Source of the DNA: Salinivirgaceae bacterium
GTDB taxonomy: Bacteria; Bacteroidota; Bacteroidia; Bacteroidales; Salinivirgaceae
Direction of reading: 5' to 3'
Assembly: GCA_035366675.1 (NCBI GenBank)
Contig: DAOSIN010000001.1
Span: 1-28,555 of the forward strand
DNA length: 28,555 bases
Part shown: one piece after another, positions 9,328-17,103 of the stretch
Layout of the letters: each line of letters begins with the position of its first letter
Position numbering within the stretch: the first letter of the stretch is position 1
Notes under the pieces: model-generated
Told to the model about the DNA's origin: nothing
Database searches by the model: none
Seen by the model: the letters and a program-made list of their open reading frames with translations, nothing else
Program-made: the position numbers and the translations under genes

Positions 9328-9909
9328 CTATTCTTGCTCTTCTGAATCTGGATCGTAGTCTGGATTTATTTTTGAAACACCACCACTAACGATAAATTTC
9401 ATTATTTCGGCAGGATGTCCTTTAACAGGTTCAACATTTTCTGCCGGCACAATATACATATCTCCCAGAATACCGTAAGAGCATGGGATATATACAGAAA
9501 TAAACCCTTCGGGCACATCGATAAAAGACAGGTCGGTTTGCGTAATAAAACCTAACTGTTTGATTTTATTTACATTGTCCATTGTAACCAAAACGGGTTT
9601 ATCAAACTTTTTCTCTTTCCCTACGAAAGCAGAGAATAAGTCTTTTATTGATGTGTATATAACTTTAAGTAACGGAGCTTTCCTAAACATGCGCTTCAAT
9701 ACACCCATTGAACGAGTGGTAACCAATTTTTGAAACAAAAATCCAAGAATGGTTATACTTGTCAGAATTACCAATATTCCCAATCCAGGGATTTTAAAAG
9801 GAATAATATTGTCCACCCACATAAAGACAATATATATAAGATAAAAAGTTATGGCTAATGGTAGTACAAACACAAGCCCTTGAACAAAATATTTGGGAAT
9901 TTTTTTCAT
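9328..9909 (-). CDS. DUF502 family membrane protein
   Basis: FVQGLVFVLPLAIT, IYTSIKDL, GFIT, VYIPCSY and KFIVSGGV fit the DUF502 pattern. Confidence 0.88.
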   Translation of the reverse strand: MKKIPKYFVQGLVFVLPLAITFYLIYIVFMWVDNIIPFKIPGLGILVILTSITILGFLFQKLVTTRSMGVLKRMFRKAPLLKVIYTSIKDLFSAFVGKEKKFDKPVLVTMDNVNKIKQLGFITQTDLSFIDVPEGFISVYIPCSYGILGDMYIVPAENVEPVKGHPAEIMKFIVSGGVSKINPDYDPDSEEQE

Positions 9910-9953
9910 GATTTCTATTTTAGTTAAAAGTTAAAAGTTTATAAAGTTAAATG

Positions 9954-10011
9954 CGTTGCATTGAGCGCAGCGTTGTACTGAGCGGAGCCGAAGTGTCGAA
10001 ATGTCGAAGTG
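9954..10011. repeat. Nested copies of a ~25-bp TGAGCG(G/C)AGYCGAA element
   Basis: cgttgcattgagcgcag [cgttgtactgagcggagccgaagtg] tcgaaatg tcgaagtg. Confidence 0.7.
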
Positions 10012-10052
10012 TGATCACAACATTTTGGCATGCTCAATAACCACCAAAGGAT

Positions 10053-10203
10053 GAGTCCACTCCGAAAAGTCAGATATCTATAAAAATCATTGATTTGTAT
10101 TTTTGAAAACTTTAAATTTATGCTGTAAATCAGCATGTTACCAATATGATAATTTTGCATTTTTACGACTTTGTGTGAAATTTATAGTTTTCGGAGTGGA
10201 CTC
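10053..10203. mobile_element. 151-bp MITE with 16-bp perfect terminal inverted repeats and a 6-bp target-site duplication
   Basis: GAGTCCACTCCGAAAA at 10053-10068 and TTTTCGGAGTGGACTC at 10188-10203, flanked by AAGGAT at 10047-10052 and 10204-10209. No coding capacity. Confidence 0.88.
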
Positions 10204-10219
10204 AAGGATTAAAAGTATT

Positions 10220-10237
10220 GACGGCGCATGCGCCGTC
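10220..10237. repeat. Degenerate REP-like palindrome, copy 2
   Basis: gacggcgcatgcgccgtc is a perfect 18-bp palindrome with the same core architecture as the 8713 copy. The GTAGA ends have decayed. Confidence 0.7.
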
Positions 10238-10241
10238 TAAT

Positions 10242-10281
10242 AATTGTTCATTGTTCATTGTTCATTGCACATTGTTAATTG
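10242..10281. repeat. 7-bp tandem array overlapping the purQ stop
   Basis: aattgttcattgttcattgttcattgcacattgttaattg. Confidence 0.8.
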
Positions 10282-10964
10282 CTTATCCATTTAATAAACG
10301 ACTCGAGAATAAACAGTCCATCGGTATTTCCTAATTCGTGGTCAGCTGCGCGTTCGGGGTGTGGCATCATTCCGTAAACATTTTTGTTTTTGTTGCAAAC
10401 GCCAGCAATATGGTTTACGCTTCCGTTTGGATTTGCTTCGTCTGTAATTTTTCCGTTTTTATCGCAGTAGCGAAAAAGCACTTGACCATTATCTTCTAGT
10501 TCTTCCAACATCTCATCGGGCGCATAGTAATGACCCTCGCTGTGGGCAATTGGTATATTTAATGGCTTTGAACCTGCATGTGCAGTAAATGCTGTTTTAG
10601 GATTATCAGCTACGATATACTGGTTACTACAGATAAATCTCTGGTTTGTATTTTGCAGTAGCACTCCGGGTAACAATCCCGATTCGCACAAAATTTGAAA
10701 TCCGTTGCATATTCCAAAAACTGGGCGGTTTTGATTAGCAAATTTGATTACTTCTGCCATGATTGGGCTGTGTTTTGCAATGGCACCACAGCGTAAATAA
10801 TCTCCATAAGTGAAACCTCCGGGAAGTGCAATAGCATCTACTTTTGGTATAGAACCATCTTTGTGCCATAGATGAACAATTTCATGCCCCATGATAGTTT
10901 CCAATGTATAAATCATGTCGTGATCGCAGTTAGATCCGGGAAATGTTACTACTCCAAACTTCAT
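10275..10964 (-). CDS. purQ: Phosphoribosylformylglycinamidine synthase subunit PurQ (glutaminase)
   Basis: MKFGVVTFPGSNCD (start 10964 preferred), LPGGFTYGDYLR, GICNGFQIL, PIAHSEG and MMPHPER. Confidence 0.97.
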   Translation of the reverse strand: MKFGVVTFPGSNCDHDMIYTLETIMGHEIVHLWHKDGSIPKVDAIALPGGFTYGDYLRCGAIAKHSPIMAEVIKFANQNRPVFGICNGFQILCESGLLPGVLLQNTNQRFICSNQYIVADNPKTAFTAHAGSKPLNIPIAHSEGHYYAPDEMLEELEDNGQVLFRYCDKNGKITDEANPNGSVNHIAGVCNKNKNVYGMMPHPERAADHELGNTDGLFILESFIKWISN

Positions 10965-10973
10965 ACCTTTATC

Positions 10974-11079
10974 AATTAACAATTAGCAATGTACAATTAA
11001 CAATTAAAGGTGAAAGTTAAAAGTTTGTAAAGTGCTCCGTTCTTCACTTTTACCTTGCACCTTTCACCTTTTACCTTTA
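10974..11079. repeat. 7-bp-period arrays forming an imperfect inverted repeat in the purQ leader
   Basis: caattaacaattagcaatgtacaattaacaatt, followed by the arm taaaggtgaaagttaaaagtttgtaaagtg (11005-11034) facing cacttttaccttgcacctttcaccttttaccttta (11045-11079). Confidence 0.75.
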
Positions 11080-11094
11080 TTGTTTTATTTCAGG

Positions 11095-11102
11095 CAAAGA
11101 TA
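11095..11102 (-). promoter_or_regulatory. Candidate -7 promoter element for purQ
   Basis: Minus-strand TATCTTTG(C) matches TAnnTTTG. Confidence 0.55.
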
Positions 11103-11327
11103 ACTATTTTACATCATGAAATATTTTACTTTTACAAAATAAACCATAAACAATTAATTGTTTTTTTGATAACAGTGTTTACAGTAAATTTATACACAAT
11201 ATAAATTGTTTGTTTTATAGCTTAAAAATTGAGGTTTGTGTGAACTTTTATCCATCAATTTGTGTTAACTGTATAAAGAGGGTACCATTGAAAGTAGATT
11301 GTATTCAACCCATAAATTATTAATCAA

Positions 11328-12374
11328 ATGAAGCCCGATTGTATTATAGATGTTCTTGACAAACTTGGGTCAATCATCAGTGATTTTCTTAGTCTCTCTG
11401 AAGAGGAGAAGGTTGCTAAATATCCCGAGCTTAGTACCGCTGTTTTGGATTGTCACGAGCAGAACAGTTGGTTTGTTAAGCCATTTGTAATCAATTCATT
11501 AAAGGGGATTAGTCAGTGGCTGAATAAAGATACACTTTTGAGTTTTTATAACGAAAACAGAATAACATTTGCGAAAACCCCCAAAACGATAGGATTAATA
11601 ATGGCGGGTAATATCCCTTTAGTTGGATTTCATGATTTTTTAGTGGTGCTTTTGACAGGACATAAAGCTATTGTTAAACTTTCGTCTAAAGACATAATTT
11701 TATTACCCACGCTTGTATCTTATTTAGAAAAAGATTGTCCCGAGATTGCCAAACATATCTCTTTTGTGTCAGAAATGACAGACAATTTAGACGCTCTGAT
11801 TGCTACCGGCACCAATAATACCATGAGTTACTTTAGCTATAAATATGGGCAGATTCCCTCAATTTTAAGAGGTAGCCGAAGTAGTGTGGCTGTAATTACT
11901 GGAAATGAGACAGCAGAAGAGATTGAAGAGTTAACCAAAGATATTTGCTTATATTTTGGAATGGGCTGTCGTTCAGTCTCTAAAATTTATCTGCCCGATG
12001 AAAAGAGTATCAAACAAATTCAAGACTCTCTTTCCGCATACTCTTGGATGACTAATCATAAAGATTGGTCTGACAATCTAAGGTTTCAAAAGGCAATGAT
12101 GTTGACTAAAGGAGAAATTTTTTACGATTGCGGTCCGGTTATTATGATTCGGGAATCGAAATTAAACTCGCCAATGTCAGTCGTTCATTTTGAAATATAT
12201 AAGTCGATAGAGGAGGTTAAAAAATCTTTAAAAGCTTTAGACTCAATGGTTCAATGCGTGGTTGGGGATACTGAAATTGACAACTCATGGGTACCGTTCG
12301 GAAAATCGCAATATCCTGATATTAACGACTTTGCCGATAGAATTAATACTTGCGATTTTATAATGCAGTTGTAA
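11328..12374 (+). CDS. Acyl-CoA reductase (LuxC-like, Bacteroidota type)
   Basis: NSWF, IMAGNIPLVGFHD, KLSSKD, IATGTNN and YFGMGCRSVSK (catalytic Cys region). Confidence 0.88.
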   Translation: MKPDCIIDVLDKLGSIISDFLSLSEEEKVAKYPELSTAVLDCHEQNSWFVKPFVINSLKGISQWLNKDTLLSFYNENRITFAKTPKTIGLIMAGNIPLVGFHDFLVVLLTGHKAIVKLSSKDIILLPTLVSYLEKDCPEIAKHISFVSEMTDNLDALIATGTNNTMSYFSYKYGQIPSILRGSRSSVAVITGNETAEEIEELTKDICLYFGMGCRSVSKIYLPDEKSIKQIQDSLSAYSWMTNHKDWSDNLRFQKAMMLTKGEIFYDCGPVIMIRESKLNSPMSVVHFEIYKSIEEVKKSLKALDSMVQCVVGDTEIDNSWVPFGKSQYPDINDFADRINTCDFIMQL

Positions 12375-12425
12375 ACAGCTTGATTTTGGCCCATGTAATG
12401 CAAAGCTATTTTGGAAATAGTTAAA

Positions 12426-12977
12426 TTAATTCTCCTTTATGTATCTCTTTAGTTGGTTAATTAATTTCTCTGGTTTCGATGGTTTAGTTGCATTTCTATC
12501 GACAATAGCACCATTTTTGTTAACTATAGCAAAGCGTGGCAGTGATAATTTTCCTTTCATTATTTTTTCAACGATACCTGTAGAAAAGTCACTTCTTAAT
12601 TGAACATAGTAATTGTATCCCGACAAATTGTACTTAAAAACATTTTCTCGCCATTTTTCAATACTTTTCTGTTGTGAAGCCTCATCTTTTTCACGTTTTT
12701 CCAATGCAATATATAATCTAACTACGTCATTTTCTTTCATAAAGTTGTCAAGCTGTTCGTTGTGTTTTAGCTCCTCTATACACGATACGCACCATGATGC
12801 CCAGAAATCGACATAAACAACTTTGCCTTTGAATTTTGCAAATAACTCATTGAGTGAATTTACTTGATTTACAAAAACTATTGAGTCAGATTCACTTTTT
12901 GTTTTTCCTTGTGAAAATGCAAACATAGGGATTGTTATAAATCCGAGTAGCAGTAGTTTTAGTAATTGTTTTTTCAT
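12426..12977 (-). CDS. TlpA-family thioredoxin-like disulfide oxidoreductase, exported
   Basis: Signal peptide, FKGKVVYVDFWASWCVSC (CxxC) and cis-Pro region LPRFAIVNKNG. Confidence 0.9.
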   Translation of the reverse strand: MKKQLLKLLLLGFITIPMFAFSQGKTKSESDSIVFVNQVNSLNELFAKFKGKVVYVDFWASWCVSCIEELKHNEQLDNFMKENDVVRLYIALEKREKDEASQQKSIEKWRENVFKYNLSGYNYYVQLRSDFSTGIVEKIMKGKLSLPRFAIVNKNGAIVDRNATKPSKPEKLINQLKRYIKEN

Positions 12978-13103
12978 GTTTTTTTGTTTTAATAATGTTA
13001 GTTATGCGTTCGTATTTTTTTTTCATTCAGCCATTTTAGTCAATCATTAGCAACTTTATTTCAATTAAAAAATGTCATAGTTGGGTTTGCAGTGTGTTGA
13101 GTT

Positions 13104-13697
13104 TTATTTATTCTTACCTAATTTATTTAATTCATCCATAGCCTTTAATAATCCAGTTTTCCAATCCTTTACATAATTGTCTTTTACATAATCTTGGTTT
13201 ATGTTTGTTAGGTCTATGAAATAATTTATTAATCCATCCCAATTATTTAGCTGTCCTTTATCATGCAGTTTCCAGCCAATTTCTTCAATTGTCCAATTTG
13301 ACTTTGCTGAATTATGAATCATTGAAGTCGTTATCCAGTTGTCCTCGCTATCCTGTCCGCCTCTTGCAATTGGAATCAAATGATCAATAGTTGGAAATAA
13401 CTCCCAATAAATCATGTGAGTTTCAGACATTTTCCAATTTCTGTGGTATTTAAAAATATCAGGAAACTCAATTGTCAATATTTTAATAAGTCCGGGAAAT
13501 ATTAATTTGTCTCCAGAGTACCTGTCAATAAATCCATCATTAAGAAAGACCTTACACATTTGATATTTCGAATACTGTCTTTTTTGTGGCAAATTCTCAA
13601 TAAACGGATATTTCTTATTAGCAAAGTCAATACAATCTTGCTTTTTGCCATCCTTTAACAATCTACATATATTCTTAATCAGCAGTGCTTTATCCAT
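13104..13697 (-). CDS. HNH endonuclease-family protein, stand-alone
   Basis: PTIDHLIPIARGGQDSEDNWITTSMIHNSAKSN fits DH-x2-P-x3-GG...N...N-x2-K. No CxxC zinc knuckles. Confidence 0.85.
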   Translation of the reverse strand: MDKALLIKNICRLLKDGKKQDCIDFANKKYPFIENLPQKRQYSKYQMCKVFLNDGFIDRYSGDKLIFPGLIKILTIEFPDIFKYHRNWKMSETHMIYWELFPTIDHLIPIARGGQDSEDNWITTSMIHNSAKSNWTIEEIGWKLHDKGQLNNWDGLINYFIDLTNINQDYVKDNYVKDWKTGLLKAMDELNKLGKNK

Positions 13698-13759
13698 TGG
13701 TGGAGACGATCTAACATAGCATATAATAAATAATTCACGAAACTAAGATACAATATTTG

Positions 13760-13767
13760 CAAACATA
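13760..13767 (-). promoter_or_regulatory. Candidate -7 promoter element for the HNH gene
   Basis: Minus-strand TATGTTTG(CA), 63 nt upstream of ATG 13697. Confidence 0.5.
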
Positions 13768-13974
13768 AAACTTGTAAAATTCATATTGTTTCCCCCTTTG
13801 ATATAGTCTTTTCTTGCTATATTTAAGTCAATCAATTAAATATTAATGAAGATTTATAATTGAAATTACCGTAATTTGTTAATTTTTACAGCAGTTTGTT
13901 ACTACTAATTCAAAAGAAACATACTTTTGTAAACGAAATAACGTTCTTTATCTTTACAGAAATAATTATATAGT

Positions 13975-15060
13975 ATGATTCGCAAGATCACAATATCAGT
14001 TTCGTTTTTTCTAATGATTTTTTCCGTTAACTCTTTATCGGCGCAGGTAGTAAGGAAATATAGTAATGAGTTTTTAAGTATCGGCATTGGAGCAAGGGCA
14101 ATGGGCATGGGCAATTCGGTTGCAGCTTCAACAACTGACATCTATTCAACCTATTACAATCCGTCGGGGCTATTGTCAATGGAAAACGATATCCAGGTTG
14201 GATATATGCATTCCGAATATTTTGCAGGTATAGCAAAGTACGATTATGGTGCAGTTGCTTACCGCATAAACGAAAGTCAGGTGGCAGGAATCTCGTTTAT
14301 TAGATTTGGAGTCGATAATATTCCCAATACACTGAATTTGTATAAAGACGGAGTTTTAAATTACGACCGTGTAACATCGTTTTCAGTTGCCGACATGGCT
14401 TTTATTGGCACTTTTGCTCAAAAAATACCTGTCGAAAACCTTTCAGTGGGCGGAAATGTAAAAATTATAAGACGTAAGGCTGGTGATTTTGCAAAATCGT
14501 GGGGTTTTGGCTTCGATGTTGGTGCCAGATATGTGCTAGATGATTGGGTTTTTGCAGCAATAGCCCGCGATGTTACAGGAACTTTTAACGCATGGAGCTA
14601 TAATACAAGCGATTTACGAGAAGTATTTGAGGAGACAGGAAACGAGATACCTACCAATTCTTTAGAAATAACCACCCCGCGAATTATCGGAGCTGTCTCT
14701 TATTCATACACAATACGTGAAAGTTTTAAGATTTTAGGTGAGTTTAACCTCGATATCACCACAGATAAAAAAAGGAATACCCTTATACGCACTAACTTTG
14801 TAAGCATGGATCCCCAACTCGGCTTAGAGCTTAGCTATGACAATATTGTTTACGCCCGATTTGGAGTACGCAATCTTCAGCAAGAGATTGGCGATGAATC
14901 TAAAAAACACTATACAATTATGCCGGGTATTGGTGTGGGCTTGCAAATAAACCGATTTGGATTAGATTATGCCTATACCGATATCGGAAATGTTTCGGGA
15001 GCACTCTATTCGCACGTAATATCTCTAAATTATCGGTTTGATCCAAGAAGCAAAAACTGA
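13975..15060 (+). CDS. PorV/PorQ-family outer-membrane beta-barrel (PorV2-like, T9SS-associated)
   Basis: Signal peptide, RKYSNEFLSIGIGARAMGMG, YYNPSGL, alternating beta-strand pattern and C-terminal DYAY...SHVISLNYRF. Confidence 0.8.
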   Translation: MIRKITISVSFFLMIFSVNSLSAQVVRKYSNEFLSIGIGARAMGMGNSVAASTTDIYSTYYNPSGLLSMENDIQVGYMHSEYFAGIAKYDYGAVAYRINESQVAGISFIRFGVDNIPNTLNLYKDGVLNYDRVTSFSVADMAFIGTFAQKIPVENLSVGGNVKIIRRKAGDFAKSWGFGFDVGARYVLDDWVFAAIARDVTGTFNAWSYNTSDLREVFEETGNEIPTNSLEITTPRIIGAVSYSYTIRESFKILGEFNLDITTDKKRNTLIRTNFVSMDPQLGLELSYDNIVYARFGVRNLQQEIGDESKKHYTIMPGIGVGLQINRFGLDYAYTDIGNVSGALYSHVISLNYRFDPRSKN

Positions 15061-15127
15061 ACTATATCAATTAGCAATTGGAATACAGATAACATAGATT
15101 TAACATATAATCACAGATTATTGAGTT

Positions 15128-15158
15128 GTAGAGACGTCATACCATGGCGTCTTTTTTT
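15128..15158 (+). terminator. REP-like copy 3 whose right end has become a U-tract: candidate intrinsic terminator of the PorV-family gene
   Basis: gtagagacgtcat-acc-atggcgtc-ttttttt. Confidence 0.6.
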
Positions 15159-15429
15159 ATCATATCATGACATCTCCTTTGTTATAACGCTTCTTCTATG
15201 TTGTATCTCAAATATTTAAAGAATTATTTCATAATTACAAAAGCCTGACATTCAGCTGTGCAAGACCTAATATTTCAACAATCAGACAAGTTTTTAAAGC
15301 CAAACGTGTGATTTTTTCGACACTTTTGCAATTAATATAATAAAAGTAAAACCATATTATTGCAAACTTCTCCCGTATTATTATGGCAATTGATAAGTAA
15401 AGTGGAGATAAAATTAAAATTTCACAACC

Positions 15430-15783
15430 ATGAAAAAACAAGGCATTATTGAATTGACAATAGCTATTGCAGGTATAATTATTCTGCTCGTTTTCCAAAA
15501 CGAATGGAGCTATATCCCATTAATTATTTTTGGCGTTTTATCTGTCGCATTGATTAGGAAGAAAGACTTAGCATGGACAGATGAAGAAAAGAGATGCATG
15601 AAAAAACGCAATCTTTTATCTGTCATAGCAATACCCTTTTTCGCTATTATTTGTTATTTTAGTGCAAATGATGCACTTATGAATAATTTTTTATGGATAT
15701 TGTTGACCGTGTATCTCTTTTTAGCCGCGCATGGTATATTGTTTATGGCACCACTTAATACATTTGGGAACGAAAAACAGTAA
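15430..15783 (+). CDS. Hypothetical membrane protein (about 4 TM helices)
   Basis: 117 aa with four hydrophobic stretches. Confidence 0.7.
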   Translation: MKKQGIIELTIAIAGIIILLVFQNEWSYIPLIIFGVLSVALIRKKDLAWTDEEKRCMKKRNLLSVIAIPFFAIICYFSANDALMNNFLWILLTVYLFLAAHGILFMAPLNTFGNEKQ

Positions 15784-15857
15784 TTCAATAAATCTAACAG
15801 TGGTAGGCTAAGATTGTCTTGCTCAATGTTTTAACTTGCACTTGTAAAACAGACATA

Positions 15858-16346
15858 ATGAAAGCAGAATTTGAAAAAATGATTTCTGAAAACAGGTCTC
15901 TAATTCTGCGGATATGCAGGTTTTACAACGCATGGAATGAAAAAGAAGCCATAGAAGATTTGTATCAGGAAATTGTCCTGAATCTCTGGAAAGGTTATCT
16001 TAAATTCATTAATAATCAGCGATGTAAGCCGTCAACTTGGCTTTATAGAGTGGCACTTAATACGGCTCTTTTACAAAAAAGAAACGAACGCAAAATAACC
16101 TATGTCCCCTTAAATAATCAAACATTAAGTGAGACACGTGGCGATGGCAACGACCTACAAATCAATGTTTTATATAAACTTATTGAGAAGCTTAACAGTG
16201 AGGATAAAACCATTATTTATCTCTATTTAGATGATTTGTCGCATAAAGAAATTGCCGAAATTCTTGGCATATCGGAAACCAATGTTGGCACAAAAATCCA
16301 TCGAATTAAATCTAAATTAAAAAAACTGAACAAAACAGATGAGTAG
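15858..16346 (+). CDS. ECF-type RNA polymerase sigma-70 factor
   Basis: Region 2 (EDLYQEIVLNLWK, KPSTWLYRVALNTA) and region 4 (LSHKEIAEILGISETNVGTKIHRIK). ATG 15858 preferred over TTG 15819. Confidence 0.93.
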   Translation: MKAEFEKMISENRSLILRICRFYNAWNEKEAIEDLYQEIVLNLWKGYLKFINNQRCKPSTWLYRVALNTALLQKRNERKITYVPLNNQTLSETRGDGNDLQINVLYKLIEKLNSEDKTIIYLYLDDLSHKEIAEILGISETNVGTKIHRIKSKLKKLNKTDE

Positions 16347-16348
16347 TT

Positions 16349-16933
16349 ATGGAAATAGACGAACTGAAATCGGCATGGCAAAAAAAGAACGAAACATTAG
16401 ATAGTAAAGACAATGATTATTGCGTTATTGTATTTGAACACAAATCGTGGTTTGTTAGAAACAGAATAGCAATAGAGGGGCTTCTTTGTATAATTGTTTT
16501 CCTGTTTTTAATTGTTATGCTTGCTATTCAGAATTTTAATTTTGTAAACAAAAGCACCATATTCATATATATATCTTGGTTTATTATCGCAATTTACACG
16601 TTAGTTAAAGGAGTATTTACACTTCTCTTTTTTATAAAATCTTGTAAGTTAGATATGGCAACCTCTAAATTTCTACAAATAAATTTAAAAAACCAGTTAT
16701 ATTTCGTTTACGAAAAGATGATTTGGTTGTGGTTTATTCTGCCATTAATAATAGTTGTATTCCCTTTTTTAGCTGTTAAATTTGTTGAAATTCAAAATGA
16801 TACAATTTTAATTTACAGCATCGCAATAGGCATATTGTATTTAATTGCACTGCTTGTTTTTAGCAAATCTCTTTGGCAAAAAAGAAGAAAAATATTGTCA
16901 GAAATCAGAGAAATACAATTGGAACACAGTTAA
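16349..16933 (+). CDS. Membrane protein, putative anti-sigma factor
   Basis: MEIDELKSAWQ N-terminus typical of ECF-linked partners in Bacteroidota, about 4 TM helices, 2 nt after the sigma stop. Confidence 0.7.
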   Translation: MEIDELKSAWQKKNETLDSKDNDYCVIVFEHKSWFVRNRIAIEGLLCIIVFLFLIVMLAIQNFNFVNKSTIFIYISWFIIAIYTLVKGVFTLLFFIKSCKLDMATSKFLQINLKNQLYFVYEKMIWLWFILPLIIVVFPFLAVKFVEIQNDTILIYSIAIGILYLIALLVFSKSLWQKRRKILSEIREIQLEHS

Positions 16934-16959
16934 CGTGGATATTCACAGGTTATTGATTT

Positions 16960-16988
16960 GTAGAGACGTCATATTATGGCGTCTCTAC
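16960..16988. repeat. GTAG REP-like palindrome, copy 4
   Basis: gtagagacgtcat-att-atggcgtctctac: 13-bp stem with one G-T pair. Confidence 0.88.
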
Positions 16989-17074
16989 CGCTGAGATACT
17001 ATTGAAGCCAACAACGTATTCATACTGTCATCAAAAAATATCCGAAATAATAAACCCATGAACTTGTTTTCATG

Positions 17075-17082
17075 TATCTTTG
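17075..17082 (+). promoter_or_regulatory. Candidate -7 promoter element for gltX
   Basis: TATCTTTG(C) about 21 nt upstream of ATG 17104. It overlaps the TTG at 17080, which argues against that start. Confidence 0.6.
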
Positions 17083-17103
17083 CGTCATAATTTGAAAAAG
17101 AAA

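Noticed and set aside
9939-10160. 73-aa minus-strand ORF
   Set aside because: It runs across the MITE and the nested repeats, so it is best explained as an artefact of non-coding elements. It has no transposase motifs.
13975-15060. Calling the barrel the core T9SS shuttle PorV
   Set aside because: The N-terminus matches the RKYSNEF paralogue type rather than canonical PorV, so no gene symbol was given.
15235-15498. 87-aa minus-strand ORF
   Set aside because: It overlaps the start of the 15430 gene and the regulatory region, with no family features.
17080-17103. Longer TTG starts for gltX (also 5403, 10982 and 15819 for other genes)
   Set aside because: The extensions overlap promoter or repeat DNA, and homology or the signal peptide begins at the downstream ATG.
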